From Actinomycetota bacterium (lineage in GTDB: Bacteria; Actinomycetota; Coriobacteriia; Anaerosomatales; D1FN1-002), in the NCBI GenBank assembly GCA_037445995.1, contig JBBIJK010000003.1, forward strand, positions 15,460 to 79,459: a DNA stretch of 64,000 nt, given 5' to 3'. This document shows positions 36,006 through 45,882 of the stretch, piece by piece (the stretch's first letter is position 1; each line of letters begins with the position of its first letter). A program made the position numbers and the translations under genes. Under the pieces are notes generated by a model. That model searched no databases, was not told the DNA's origin, and worked only from the letters and a program-made list of their open reading frames with translations.

Positions 36006-37126
36006 CGCGCGCTCCCGGCATACCGCGCCGATTCTACGGCCAGCCTCGCGAAAGCGGCGGCGGCATGCGGGCGCCCAAGCGTCGCGGATGCGCGGGCCAT
36101 CCGCGAGCGTTCAGCTCCGTCCTTGAGCAGACTCAACAGAGTCCTCACGTATCCCTCTCCGTCCAAATCCGCATCCTCCACGACCACCGCCGCGCCCGCA
36201 TCGGCGACCGAGCGGGCGTTAAGTGACTGATGGTCGTCGGTGGCGAACGGGTAGGGCACCAGCACTGCGGCCCGCCCCACTACCGTGATCTCGGCTATGG
36301 AGGTGGCGCCGGCGCGCGCGACCACGAGGTCTGCTCCGGCCAGCGCGTCGCCCATCCGATCGACGTAGTCAACGACATGGTACCGCGCCGGGTCCCATCC
36401 GGGCACAGAGGACAGCTCCTGCCTCAGGTTCTCCGCCTCGGTCCGGCCGGCCACGTGGAGGACGCGCAGCCCGTCGACGCCCATGAGCGCGTCGTGCGCG
36501 CGCACCGTGGCCTGATTGATGTGCCGAGCGCCGCGGCTGCCCCCGAACACCAGCAGCGTCGGCTGGTCGGCTTGCGCGCCGAACATGGCCCGGCCCGCAT
36601 CACGGGACGCTGAAAGAACCGAGGGACGGACGGGGTTGCCCGTGAGCGTCGCGCGCTCGGGTCGTCGGAGGAGGCCCCTTGAGCTCTCGAAGGCGATCGA
36701 GACAGCCGTCGCCCACCGGGACAGCACCCTGTTCGCCAGTCCGGGCACGGCGTTCTGCTCGGCTATCACCAGCGGGGTGCGGGTCAGCGCCGCGGCCACG
36801 CCGAAGGGTATCGAGACGTATCCGCCGAACGCCGCCACGACGTCGGGCCGCCTTCTCGCCAGCGCCGCCAGCGCGTCCGCCGTCGCAACGGCCATCACGC
36901 AGGCGGCGACCAGGATGGTCCACGGGCGGGAACGGTCCCAGCCGTAGGAGCGGATCGCCAAGAACTCGATGCCCGCCTCGCGTGCGAGACGGGCCTCCAT
37001 GCCCTGGGGCGTCCCGGCGAATATCAGCTCATGCCCGGCTGCGGACAGTTCGTCCGCCACCGCCAGCGCGGGGTAGACGTGACCCGCCGTCCCCCCGCCC
37101 GTCAGCAACACCTTCACCGCGTCCAC
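36002..37126 (-). CDS. murG: Lipid II synthase MurG (UDP-GlcNAc transferase)
   Basis: VLLTGGGTAGHVYPALAV G-loop. Confidence 0.92.
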   Translation of the reverse strand: MDAVKVLLTGGGTAGHVYPALAVADELSAAGHELIFAGTPQGMEARLAREAGIEFLAIRSYGWDRSRPWTILVAACVMAVATADALAALARRRPDVVAAFGGYVSIPFGVAAALTRTPLVIAEQNAVPGLANRVLSRWATAVSIAFESSRGLLRRPERATLTGNPVRPSVLSASRDAGRAMFGAQADQPTLLVFGGSRGARHINQATVRAHDALMGVDGLRVLHVAGRTEAENLRQELSSVPGWDPARYHVVDYVDRMGDALAGADLVVARAGATSIAEITVVGRAAVLVPYPFATDDHQSLNARSVADAGAAVVVEDADLDGEGYVRTLLSLLKDGAERSRMARASATLGRPHAAAAFARLAVESARYAGSAR

Positions 37127-38270
37127 CCCCCTTCGCCAAGAGCGCTCCGCGCGCCGACACGCCGCGGAGACGCGTCCCGCGGCCGACGGACGCGATGACC
37201 CCGACGCAGGCCAGAGTGAGCGTGAGCGAGGAGCCGCCGAAGCTGACGAACGGAAGGGGCACTCCTGTGAGGGGCATCAGCTTTGTGACCGCCATCATGT
37301 TCACCAGCGCCTGAGCGACTATCACGCCGGTGAGGCCGGCCGCCGCGATTCGCCCGAAGTGGTCTTTGGAGGAGGCCGCTATACGGAAACCCGCGTAGGT
37401 GAAGGCAGCGAAACCGGCGAGCACTCCCAGGGTCCCCAGAAGGCCTAGTTCCTCGCCGACGATGGCGTAGATGAAGTCGGTGTGCGCCGCAGGGAGGTAG
37501 AAGAACTTCTGCCTGGACAGGCCGAGACCGACGCCCGTAACCCCGCCGTCCCCGAACGCAAGCAGGCCCTGGATCAGCTGATAACCGCTCCTTTGAGGAT
37601 CGGCCCACGGGTCGAGGAAGGAGAAGAACCGGGCTGCCCGATACGGTTCCGCGAACATCCCGAGGAGCGCCAGTCCGACCCCCGACACCCCGATGCCGAC
37701 TAGCTGCCCGCCGGGCAGTCCGGCGACCACGAGGACGAGGTAGAGCGGGATCGCGATCGTCATGGCGGTCCCCATGTCACCCTGCAGCAGCACGAGGCCC
37801 AAGACCGGAACGGTGGCCAGCAGCAGCGAACGAACCGTCTTGCGCTCCGAAAGCCTGCCGGCGAGTCTGTCAGCCAGGACGCTCGCGAAGACGAGCACGC
37901 ACGCCAGCTTCGCATACTCCGAGGGCTGGATCCTCTGACCTCCGATACTGAGCCAGCTCTTGGCACCGTTGACCGTGATCCCCCAGATCTGCACCGACAC
38001 CAGCGCTGCGACCGACAGGCCCCAGAGCCCCCAGGCCATCCGCTTGAGACGGCGGTAGTCGAACCAGTCCAGCCCCACCAGGAGGAGCACTCCGATCGCG
38101 AGCCCCACAGCCTGCCGCTTCAGGCTGAAGGCGCTGTCCCCCAGCTTGACGTAGTCGGGCACCGACGATGCCGAGTAGATCATCACCAGGCCAAGGGCCG
38201 TCAGCGACGCAGCGGCCACCAGCAGGGTCACCCTTGCGCGAGGTCCCGCCACCAGGTCCGCGACCTTCAT
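37029..38270 (-). CDS. ftsW: SEDS-family peptidoglycan polymerase FtsW
   Basis: Polytopic SEDS pattern (…GAKSWLSIGGQRIQPSEYAKL…, …PLPFVSFGGSS…). The ATG at 38270 overlaps the murD stop (ATGA). The 3' end overlaps murG by 98 nt. Confidence 0.9.
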   Translation of the reverse strand: MKVADLVAGPRARVTLLVAAASLTALGLVMIYSASSVPDYVKLGDSAFSLKRQAVGLAIGVLLLVGLDWFDYRRLKRMAWGLWGLSVAALVSVQIWGITVNGAKSWLSIGGQRIQPSEYAKLACVLVFASVLADRLAGRLSERKTVRSLLLATVPVLGLVLLQGDMGTAMTIAIPLYLVLVVAGLPGGQLVGIGVSGVGLALLGMFAEPYRAARFFSFLDPWADPQRSGYQLIQGLLAFGDGGVTGVGLGLSRQKFFYLPAAHTDFIYAIVGEELGLLGTLGVLAGFAAFTYAGFRIAASSKDHFGRIAAAGLTGVIVAQALVNMMAVTKLMPLTGVPLPFVSFGGSSLTLTLACVGVIASVGRGTRLRGVSARGALLAKGGGRGEGVADGRGDGGSRLPRAGGGGRTVRSRA

Positions 38271-39655
38271 GAGGCCCCACCGCGCATCGCCCGCACGCAT
38301 TCCTTGAAGACCCGGCCTCTATGCTCGTAACTCGTGAACTCATCGAACGACGCACAGGCCGGGGAGAGCACGACAGCGTCACCGGAGCGCGCTTCCACCG
38401 AGGCCCTCTCCACTGCTTCGGCCAGACCTGCGACGAGCACAGGAGTCAGCCGGGTCCCGAGGAACGCTGCCCGGATCTCCTCGCGCGCCTCACCGAAAGC
38501 GACGACCGCGCTGCAGGCGTCCGCAGCGACTGCTGCCAGCGGCCCGAAATCGTTGCCCTTGTTCCGGCCCCCAAGGAGCAGCACGAGGCCCGCGCCCTCG
38601 AACGCCTCGATCGCTTTGAACGTCGCGTCCGGGTTCGTCGCCTTGGAGTCGTTGAAGTACTCCACGCCGCCCACCACCCCGACCGGCTCAAGCCGGTGCT
38701 CGATCGGAGCGAAAGTCCTCAGGCCCTCGGCGATCTCGGCGTCCGGCACCCCGACCGCGTGGGCCGCCAGGGCGGCGGCCAGAGCGTTGGAGACGTTATG
38801 GGCGCCCCTGACCTGCAACTCCCCGATTTCGAGAAGCCGCCGAGCCACGCCTCCGGCGCACAGAGCGAGCGCCCCGTCGGCTATGCCGGCGCCGTCGCGC
38901 GGAAGCGCATGGCGGCTCACTCGCAAGACCCGGGCGCCGCTCTCGGCGACACGTGTCGCATACGGGGCGGACCCCGCGTCGTCGACGTCGATCACTGCGA
39001 CATCCTCGGGCCCAAGGTTGGCGAAGATGCGCGCCTTGTCCGACGCGTACGCCTCGAACGACCCGTGCCAGTCGATGTGGTCTTCCGTGATGTTGAGGAG
39101 GACCGCAACACGCGGCCTGAAGGTTGAGGTGAGGGCCAGCTGGAAGGAGGAGACTTCGGCGACCATCATCGTCGCGGGTCCGGCCGCGACCGCGACGTCG
39201 ATCGCCGGGGGCCCGATGTTGCCGGCCACCTCGACCGGCCTGCCAGCCTCGGTCAGGAGGTGCCCGATGAGACTTGTGGTGGTCGTCTTCCCGTTCGTCC
39301 CCGTCACCGCCACCCAAGCGGACTCGGACACCCGATAAGCCAGCTCCATCTCGGAGATGATCTCCGCACCCGTGCGCCGGGCGGATGACATCAGCGGGCT
39401 CGAAGGCGGGATCCCCGGACTCGCGACGACCATGTCCGCGCGGGGTGCGTCCGAGACGCCGAGGCTCACCTCGGCACCCAACTCGCGCAAAGCGGCGGCG
39501 CGAGCGCTCTGCACGGGACCCTCATGCTCGTCGACGACCGACACCCTGACCGCTTCTCCCGCGCGTGCCTGACCCAGAAGGTAGCGCGCCACAGCGTCGC
39601 CCGAGGAGCCCAGTCCGAGGACGAGCACGTGCCCTGTCGGCGATTCCGGGCTCAT
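38267..39655 (-). CDS. murD: UDP-N-acetylmuramoylalanine--D-glutamate ligase
   Basis: HVLVLGLGSSGDA and VTGTNGKTTTT. The ATG at 39655 overlaps the mraY stop (ATGA). The upstream 225 codons of the track ORF lie over mraY and are rejected. Confidence 0.92.
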   Translation of the reverse strand: MSPESPTGHVLVLGLGSSGDAVARYLLGQARAGEAVRVSVVDEHEGPVQSARAAALRELGAEVSLGVSDAPRADMVVASPGIPPSSPLMSSARRTGAEIISEMELAYRVSESAWVAVTGTNGKTTTTSLIGHLLTEAGRPVEVAGNIGPPAIDVAVAAGPATMMVAEVSSFQLALTSTFRPRVAVLLNITEDHIDWHGSFEAYASDKARIFANLGPEDVAVIDVDDAGSAPYATRVAESGARVLRVSRHALPRDGAGIADGALALCAGGVARRLLEIGELQVRGAHNVSNALAAALAAHAVGVPDAEIAEGLRTFAPIEHRLEPVGVVGGVEYFNDSKATNPDATFKAIEAFEGAGLVLLLGGRNKGNDFGPLAAVAADACSAVVAFGEAREEIRAAFLGTRLTPVLVAGLAEAVERASVEARSGDAVVLSPACASFDEFTSYEHRGRVFKECVRAMRGGAS

Positions 39656-40692
39656 CGCGGCGCCGTCGTGAAGTGAAGGGCGAACCCCGCGCCTGCCAGT
39701 ATCCCGGTCGCTATCCAGAACCGCACCATCACCTTGGTCTCCGACCAGCCGAGCATCTCGAAGTGATGGTGGATGGGGGCCATCCGGAAGATCCGTCTGC
39801 CCGTCAGCTTGAACGACGCTACCTGCAGCATCACGGACATACCCTCGACCACGTAGATGCCGCCTATGAGCACCAGCAGTATCTCGGTCTTGGTCAGGAC
39901 CGCGAGCGCCGCGATCGCCGCCCCGAGACCCAACGAGCCCGTGTCGCCCATGAAGATGTCCGCGGGGTGGCTGTTGTACCACAGGAATCCCACGCACGAG
40001 CCGGCCACCGCGGAAGCCACGATCGCCAGCTCGAGATGGTCCTGAGCGAAGCTGATACCCGCATACGCCATCATGACGATCATGACGGTGCCGGCGGCCA
40101 GCCCGTCCAGCCCGTCGGTGAGGTTGACTGTGTTGGAGGTGCCGGTGACCATCACCACAACCAGCGCGAGGTAGAGCCAGGGGACGGTCAGGGACACGGC
40201 CCCAAGGTCTATCACGCTTGAGAGCACTCCCAGATCCAGCGCCCCCAGGAGCGGCACGGCGACGCGAGGCGTGAGGCCGACCCAGTTCACGGCCGCCAGA
40301 CAGAACGCGACCGATATGAGGGCCTGCCACAGTATCTTCGCCCGCGGGGTCAGGCCCAGCGAGCGCTCGTTGGCCACCTTGGCGTAGTCATCGATGAAGC
40401 CCAGAAGACCGCAGCCCGCCATGACGAGCAAAGCGACCACGCTCGCGCGGTCGAATCTCCCCATGAGGACGAACGCGCCCAGGACCACACCGATAATGAG
40501 CACCCCGCCCATCGTGGGCGTGCCCTGCTTGACGAGGTGGCCTTGCGGCCCATCGGCCCTGACCTGCTGACCGATGTTGCGAAATCGCAGGATACGTATC
40601 CATAGCGGGAACAGGATGCCCGCCGCCACGAGTGCGACGACCGCAGTCAGGAAGACCTGGTAGGTGGGGTATGTCGCCAGCAGACTAAACAC
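39652..40692 (-). CDS. mraY: Phospho-N-acetylmuramoyl-pentapeptide transferase
   Basis: GFIDDYAKV, NTVNLTDGLDGLA and MGDTGSLGLG motifs. Confidence 0.95.
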   Translation of the reverse strand: MFSLLATYPTYQVFLTAVVALVAAGILFPLWIRILRFRNIGQQVRADGPQGHLVKQGTPTMGGVLIIGVVLGAFVLMGRFDRASVVALLVMAGCGLLGFIDDYAKVANERSLGLTPRAKILWQALISVAFCLAAVNWVGLTPRVAVPLLGALDLGVLSSVIDLGAVSLTVPWLYLALVVVMVTGTSNTVNLTDGLDGLAAGTVMIVMMAYAGISFAQDHLELAIVASAVAGSCVGFLWYNSHPADIFMGDTGSLGLGAAIAALAVLTKTEILLVLIGGIYVVEGMSVMLQVASFKLTGRRIFRMAPIHHHFEMLGWSETKVMVRFWIATGILAGAGFALHFTTAPR

Positions 40693-42097
40693 GCCGATCC
40701 ACTATCCCTTCGACCACTCGCTCTAGGCCGACTACGCGCGAAGCCTTGACCAAGACGAGATCGCCGGGCCCCAGGACATCGTCCAGGACCTCGATGGCCG
40801 CCTCGACGTCGCCGCATGGACGCACACGCGCGGGATCCATGCCCTCCACCCGGGCCCCGTCGGCCACCCTGTCTCCCGGCTCCCCGATGGTGACCAGCAC
40901 ATCCACGCCCAGGCGTGCCACCCGCTGGCCGATCTCGAAGTGAGCCAGGTCCGTCATGGACCCGAGCTCCGCCATGCCGCCGAGCACCGCGACGCGACGG
41001 CCGGCGGTCGCGGTGTCCGCCAGCGTCTGGAGCGCCGCCCGCATCGAGACGGGGTTGGCGTTGTAGGCGTCGTTGATCAGGGTGAGGCCCGACGCGACCT
41101 CCACCACCTGCATCCTCATCCCGGTCAAACGCATCTCGAAGAGCGCCGGCGCCAGATCCGCGGGTGCTACCCCCAGCCGAAGCGCGACCGCGGCTGCGGC
41201 CAGCGCGTTGTACACGTTGTGCCTGCCAGGGACGGGGACCGACAGCCTGGCCTCGCCCTCCGAGCACACCAAGATGAACGAGGGCGTGCCGTCCGCCCCC
41301 ACGACCACGTCCCGAGCGGAGACATCGCAGCCCTCTGAGAACCCGTAGCGCACGATCTCGGCGCTGGCCCGGTCAGCCAGCGCGCGACTGGGGACGTCAT
41401 CGCCGTTGAGATACACGACGCCGTTGGCCGGAATCGCTTCGACCAGCTCCCCCTTCGCGGCCGCGATCGCCTCGACGGAGCCCATCACCTCGATGTGGCT
41501 CACGCCGACGTTCGTCACCAGCCCGTGCCCCGGGCGCGCGATGTCGGCGAGCTCGGCAATCTGACCGGGTCCCCGCATCGCCATCTCGAGCACGACAGCG
41601 TCGGTCACCGGGGCGGCCTCAAGGAGCGTCAGCGGGACTCCCAGCTCGTTGTTACGGTTGCCCGACGTGGCCGCGACGCTCCCCAGCGGTGTCAGGCATC
41701 CGGCGAGCATGTCCTTGGTGGTCGTCTTGCCCGTGGAGCCGGTGATGCCCACGACGGGGCATTCAAGGCGCGCCCGATGATGGCGCGCGAGAGACTGGAC
41801 GGCCGACAACGGGTCGGGCACGAGCACCACAGAAGCGCCCGGGTCACCCGCGGCCGCGATGGCGGCGCGGACGCCCTCGTCGTACCGGCTTACCAGCACG
41901 ACCCTCGCGCCGTTGGCCACCGCGTCGGTGAGGAACGCATGGCCGTCCCAGCGCTCACCGACAAACGCCACGAACACGCAACCTGGGTGTACTTCACGCG
42001 AGTCCGTGCACAGCCCCATCGCGGCGGCCCCGGGGTCGCCGTCGACCAGCCGCCCCCCCGTGACCTCCGCCATAGTCCTCGCGTCAGAAAGCAGCAT
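40685..42097 (-). CDS. murF: UDP-MurNAc-tripeptide--D-Ala-D-Ala ligase
   Basis: GITGSTGKTTTK. I chose the ATG at 42097 because GGGGAG lies 5 nt upstream. It is 2 nt after the murE stop. Confidence 0.9.
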   Translation of the reverse strand: MLLSDARTMAEVTGGRLVDGDPGAAAMGLCTDSREVHPGCVFVAFVGERWDGHAFLTDAVANGARVVLVSRYDEGVRAAIAAAGDPGASVVLVPDPLSAVQSLARHHRARLECPVVGITGSTGKTTTKDMLAGCLTPLGSVAATSGNRNNELGVPLTLLEAAPVTDAVVLEMAMRGPGQIAELADIARPGHGLVTNVGVSHIEVMGSVEAIAAAKGELVEAIPANGVVYLNGDDVPSRALADRASAEIVRYGFSEGCDVSARDVVVGADGTPSFILVCSEGEARLSVPVPGRHNVYNALAAAAVALRLGVAPADLAPALFEMRLTGMRMQVVEVASGLTLINDAYNANPVSMRAALQTLADTATAGRRVAVLGGMAELGSMTDLAHFEIGQRVARLGVDVLVTIGEPGDRVADGARVEGMDPARVRPCGDVEAAIEVLDDVLGPGDLVLVKASRVVGLERVVEGIVDRRV

Positions 42098-42099
42098 CG

Positions 42100-43605
42100 T
42101 CACTCCCCGAACCCGCACGCCGCGAGAGCCTCGCGTGCCACCTCGCGGTCGTCAAAGCGCACCTTGCGGTCCGCGAACTCCTGTTGGTCCTCATGCCCCT
42201 TGCCCGCGACCAGGACCGTGTCACCGGCCCGCGCCATGGCGACGGCCTCCTGGATGGCGCGGCGGCGGTCCACCTCCGTGATGTAGGCGGCCCCCGTGCC
42301 ACGCAGGCCGTCCTCGACCTGCAAGATGATGCCCACGGGGTCCTCGCTTCGAGGGTTGTCGCTGGTCAACACCGCCACGTCCGAGAACCGACCGGCCGCG
42401 CGGCCCATGAGCGGACGCTTGTCCGGATCACGGTCGCCACCGCATCCGAACACTGTGAGAACCCTGCCTGGCGTGACCCGCCGGACCGCCTCCAGCGCCT
42501 TCTCGAGCCCTTCGGGTGTGTGAGCGTAGTCGACCAGCACCGTGAAGGGCTGTCCAGCGTCTATACGCTCCAGACGGCCGGGCACCTGGGGCGCTGCCTC
42601 CAGACCGTTGACGACGGCGTCCAGCGGGAGCCCGAGCGCGATACCGCAGCCCGCGGCCACGAGGGCGTTCGAGACGTTGAATCGGGCCGGCAGGGGCAGC
42701 TCGACCCTGGCTTCTCCCTGTGGAGCCCTGATGGTGAATGCGGACCCGGTCGGACCGCATTCCACGTCGAGTGCCCGCAGATCGGCGCCGTCACGCTCGC
42801 CCACCGTCAGGCACCCGTCCACCTCGGCGGCGATCGCGGCCCCGTACGGACCGTCGACGTCGACCACCCTGCGACCCACCGGCATGTCGGTGAAGAGGCG
42901 CTTCTTGACGGCGAAGTACTCCTCCATGGTGTGGTGGTAGTCGAGGTGGTCCTGCGAGAGATTCGTGAACGCGGCCACGGCGAACCTGATCCCGTCCACC
43001 CGGTGCAGGTCTATCGCGTGGCTCGAGACCTCGACGCTCGCCCCGCGACAGCCCGCCTCCAGCATCCTCGCGAACAGCGCCTGCAGGTCGGCCGATTCGG
43101 GTGTGGTCCGGCCAGCCGGGACCCGGGCGTCTCCCACCCTGGTCTCCACCGTCCCGACCAGCCCCGTGCCCCAGCCGGACGCGCGCATGATCGAATCGAC
43201 GAGATATGTGGTCGTTGTCTTGCCGTTCGTGCCCGTGACTCCCACGACCTCGATCCGGGACGTGGGGTGACCCCAGAACGCGGACGAGGCCAGGGCGAGC
43301 GCGACCCGCGTGTCTCCGACTATCGCCTGCGGCGCGGACACGCTGAGCTGGCGCTGGACCACCAGCGCCGCCGCGCCCCGCGCCACTGCGTCGGCGGCGA
43401 AGTCGTGGCCGTCGTGAGCGAAACCCGGCACGCAGAAGAAGACGTCGCCGGGGCGCACCTTGTCGGAGCGGTAGGCGACGCCCGTCAGCGATGCGGGCGG
43501 CTCCCCGACCATCGAGACGGGGATGCCCGCGAGCGATTCAAGGAGTGTGAGTCCGTCCACGGGCTCGTTCATCAGGGGTCCGCCCGATTCTACCACTGCG
43601 GCCAC
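42100..43605 (-). CDS. murE: UDP-MurNAc-L-Ala-D-Glu--2,6-diaminopimelate (or L-Lys) ligase
   Basis: GVTGTNGKTTT and the C-terminal DNPR motif in LTSDNPRSEDP. Confidence 0.93.
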   Translation of the reverse strand: MAAVVESGGPLMNEPVDGLTLLESLAGIPVSMVGEPPASLTGVAYRSDKVRPGDVFFCVPGFAHDGHDFAADAVARGAAALVVQRQLSVSAPQAIVGDTRVALALASSAFWGHPTSRIEVVGVTGTNGKTTTTYLVDSIMRASGWGTGLVGTVETRVGDARVPAGRTTPESADLQALFARMLEAGCRGASVEVSSHAIDLHRVDGIRFAVAAFTNLSQDHLDYHHTMEEYFAVKKRLFTDMPVGRRVVDVDGPYGAAIAAEVDGCLTVGERDGADLRALDVECGPTGSAFTIRAPQGEARVELPLPARFNVSNALVAAGCGIALGLPLDAVVNGLEAAPQVPGRLERIDAGQPFTVLVDYAHTPEGLEKALEAVRRVTPGRVLTVFGCGGDRDPDKRPLMGRAAGRFSDVAVLTSDNPRSEDPVGIILQVEDGLRGTGAAYITEVDRRRAIQEAVAMARAGDTVLVAGKGHEDQQEFADRKVRFDDREVAREALAACGFGE

Positions 43606-43606
43606 C

Positions 43607-45361
43607 TCACGGCGCGGCCGCCGCGGCCGGGGCGGACGTCTCGGTCGACGGACGCGATGCGGGCGGCACCTTCATGTGCGCCACGGAGAACGCGGCCACC
43701 TCGCGGAACACCGGAGCGGCAACGACCCCGCCGTATATCGCGCCACGCGGGTCGTCGACCGTCACGACTATGACGAACCTCGGGTCGCGCGCGGGCAGGT
43801 ACCCCGCGAACGAGGCTATGTACCCGCCCCCTTTGTAGCCCTTCCCGTCCGCTCGCGGCTTCTGCGCGGTCCCGGTCTTGCCCGCCACTTCGTACCCGGG
43901 AACGGCGGCGGTCTGGCCGGTCCCATCGGTCACCGCGAGTCGCAACCCCTCTCCCACCTGAGCGCACACGTCGGGCTCGAGCACGCGCTGACGCGGCCGT
44001 GCCGGGACCGCCTCGGGGTCGTCAGGGACCTCGAGCAGGACGTGCGGGGTCACCAGCTCGCCGCCGTTGGCGATCACGGACATGGCTCTGGCAAGCTGCA
44101 AGGTGGTCACCGAGACCCCCTGCCCGAACGGGATGTTGGCGATGGAGGACGCGGACCAGCGCCGCGGCGGAGGGATGTAGCCGATCGACTCGCCGGGCAT
44201 GTCCACCCCGGTCGACTGGGCGAACCCGAAACCGAGGAAGCTGTCGTACAGGCGGTCCTTCCCGAGCGCCTGCCCCATCATCACCGAGCCCACGTTGGAG
44301 GAGTTCGCAAGGATCTCCGAGGCGGTCCATGTCACCGCGCCTCTGGGATGCGACTCCTTGATCACCCTGCCGCCGACCTTGATCGTCGGGGGAAGCGCAT
44401 ACGGTCGCGACGGCTCCGACAGACCGTGCGAGAACGCCGCGGCCGCCGTGAACACCTTCATCGTCGAACCAGGCTCGAAGGCGTCGGTCACGGGACGGTT
44501 CCTGTAGTCCTTCGGGTCCGCTTTCCCAAAGGCGTTGGGATCGAACCCCGGCACCGAGGCCATCGCGAGGATCTCGCCGTTCCTCGGGTCCATGACCACC
44601 ACCGAACCGCTCTTCGCCCCCCACCTCTCGACGGCGGCCGCGAGCTCCACCTGGGCGAGGTACTGGATGTCCTTGTCGATGGTGAGCACGATGTCGCTGC
44701 CCTCGACCGGCTCCTCGGAGACCTGGACACCGCCCGGGATCGGCCGGCCCGCGGGGTCGCGCTCGGCCAGGAGCCTTCCCGGCTGGCCGGCCAGCAGGGC
44801 GTCATGCTCCTTCTCGAGCCCTGTCAGGCCCGCGTCGTCGACGCCGACGAACCCGAGGACCTGGCAGGCGAGCTCGCCCGAAGGGTAGGTCCTGCGGAAG
44901 TCGTCCATGAAGCCGACCCCGGCCAGCTTGAGATCCTTGAGCGCGGCCGCGCGGCCCGCGTCCACCTTGCGGCCCAGGTACACGAAGCCCGCGTCCTTCG
45001 TCAACTTCGCCTCGTACTGGGCGGGGTCGCCACCGAGCGCGCCTGCGATCGCCTCAGCGGCCCCCGCCGGGTCCTCGACGAAGTGGGGATTGGCGTAGAT
45101 CGTCTTGGCCTCGCTTGTGACCGCGAGCGGCTGACCCTCGCGGTCGTAAATGTCGCCTCGCTTGGGAGACAGCTCGATGTCACGAAGTCGCTGGTCTTGG
45201 GCGAGGCCCGCGTACGCCGGGGCCGCGAGCGTCTGGAGCCAGACGACGCGCACAGCCACTACGACGAGGCCGAGCAGGAGGAGCGCCAGAACGGATGCCG
45301 ACCGGTCCACGCTCTTGGCGCGAGGCTCGCGGACCGGCATCCGGTTCTCCCTTCCTTCCAC
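43607..45361 (-). CDS. ftsI: Class B penicillin-binding protein (FtsI-type transpeptidase)
   Basis: N-terminal TM segment plus SxxK (GSTMKVF), SxN (NSSN) and KTG (AGKTGTA). Confidence 0.9.
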   Translation of the reverse strand: MEGRENRMPVREPRAKSVDRSASVLALLLLGLVVVAVRVVWLQTLAAPAYAGLAQDQRLRDIELSPKRGDIYDREGQPLAVTSEAKTIYANPHFVEDPAGAAEAIAGALGGDPAQYEAKLTKDAGFVYLGRKVDAGRAAALKDLKLAGVGFMDDFRRTYPSGELACQVLGFVGVDDAGLTGLEKEHDALLAGQPGRLLAERDPAGRPIPGGVQVSEEPVEGSDIVLTIDKDIQYLAQVELAAAVERWGAKSGSVVVMDPRNGEILAMASVPGFDPNAFGKADPKDYRNRPVTDAFEPGSTMKVFTAAAAFSHGLSEPSRPYALPPTIKVGGRVIKESHPRGAVTWTASEILANSSNVGSVMMGQALGKDRLYDSFLGFGFAQSTGVDMPGESIGYIPPPRRWSASSIANIPFGQGVSVTTLQLARAMSVIANGGELVTPHVLLEVPDDPEAVPARPRQRVLEPDVCAQVGEGLRLAVTDGTGQTAAVPGYEVAGKTGTAQKPRADGKGYKGGGYIASFAGYLPARDPRFVIVVTVDDPRGAIYGGVVAAPVFREVAAFSVAHMKVPPASRPSTETSAPAAAAAP

Positions 45362-45364
45362 CGC

Positions 45365-45844
45365 CTACCGGGCCGCGGACAGGCCGACGCCACCCACGAG
45401 CAGGACGCGCGCCTGAGCGGCGGCCGCCTTGGCCAGCGCCTCGAGAATGGCCGCGCCGGGACCGTCAGCGGACGCCTCGACAGCGGCCGGATCCGTAGCG
45501 AGCTCGTCAGCGAGTATGAACCGGACCTCCTCGGGCTCGGCCATGCTCATCGCCTCACCGGCGATGACCTGCAGCCTCGACGGGGTCGACAGGGCGCTGC
45601 GATCGATCTCGAGCCGGTCGGTGATCTGCCGCTCGCTCTTTATCTCCTTGGCCAGACGTCCCGCGTCCAGGCACGCCTCCGCTGCGTCGACGGCGATTGC
45701 CACGCGCCCAAGTCCGACCGCCGTCAGCCCGATCACAAGCACCATGAGCGATGCGAGGGGCGAGCCACGGCGCGCGGACCTTGGGCGTCCGCCACGGCGA
45801 GCTGGCCGCCCGGTGACTCTACGCTTGCGTGTGACGCTTGCCAT
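45365..45844 (-). CDS. FtsL-like bitopic membrane protein
   Basis: Basic N-terminus, a single TM (LASLMVLVIGLTAVGLG), then a short helical ectodomain. It is in the conserved slot between rsmH and ftsI. The assignment is positional. Confidence 0.55.
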   Translation of the reverse strand: MASVTRKRRVTGRPARRGGRPRSARRGSPLASLMVLVIGLTAVGLGRVAIAVDAAEACLDAGRLAKEIKSERQITDRLEIDRSALSTPSRLQVIAGEAMSMAEPEEVRFILADELATDPAAVEASADGPGAAILEALAKAAAAQARVLLVGGVGLSAAR

Positions 45845-45882
45845 CTCGCCCCTCCTCTCTCCTCATCGTCTTGTCCTGCCTT

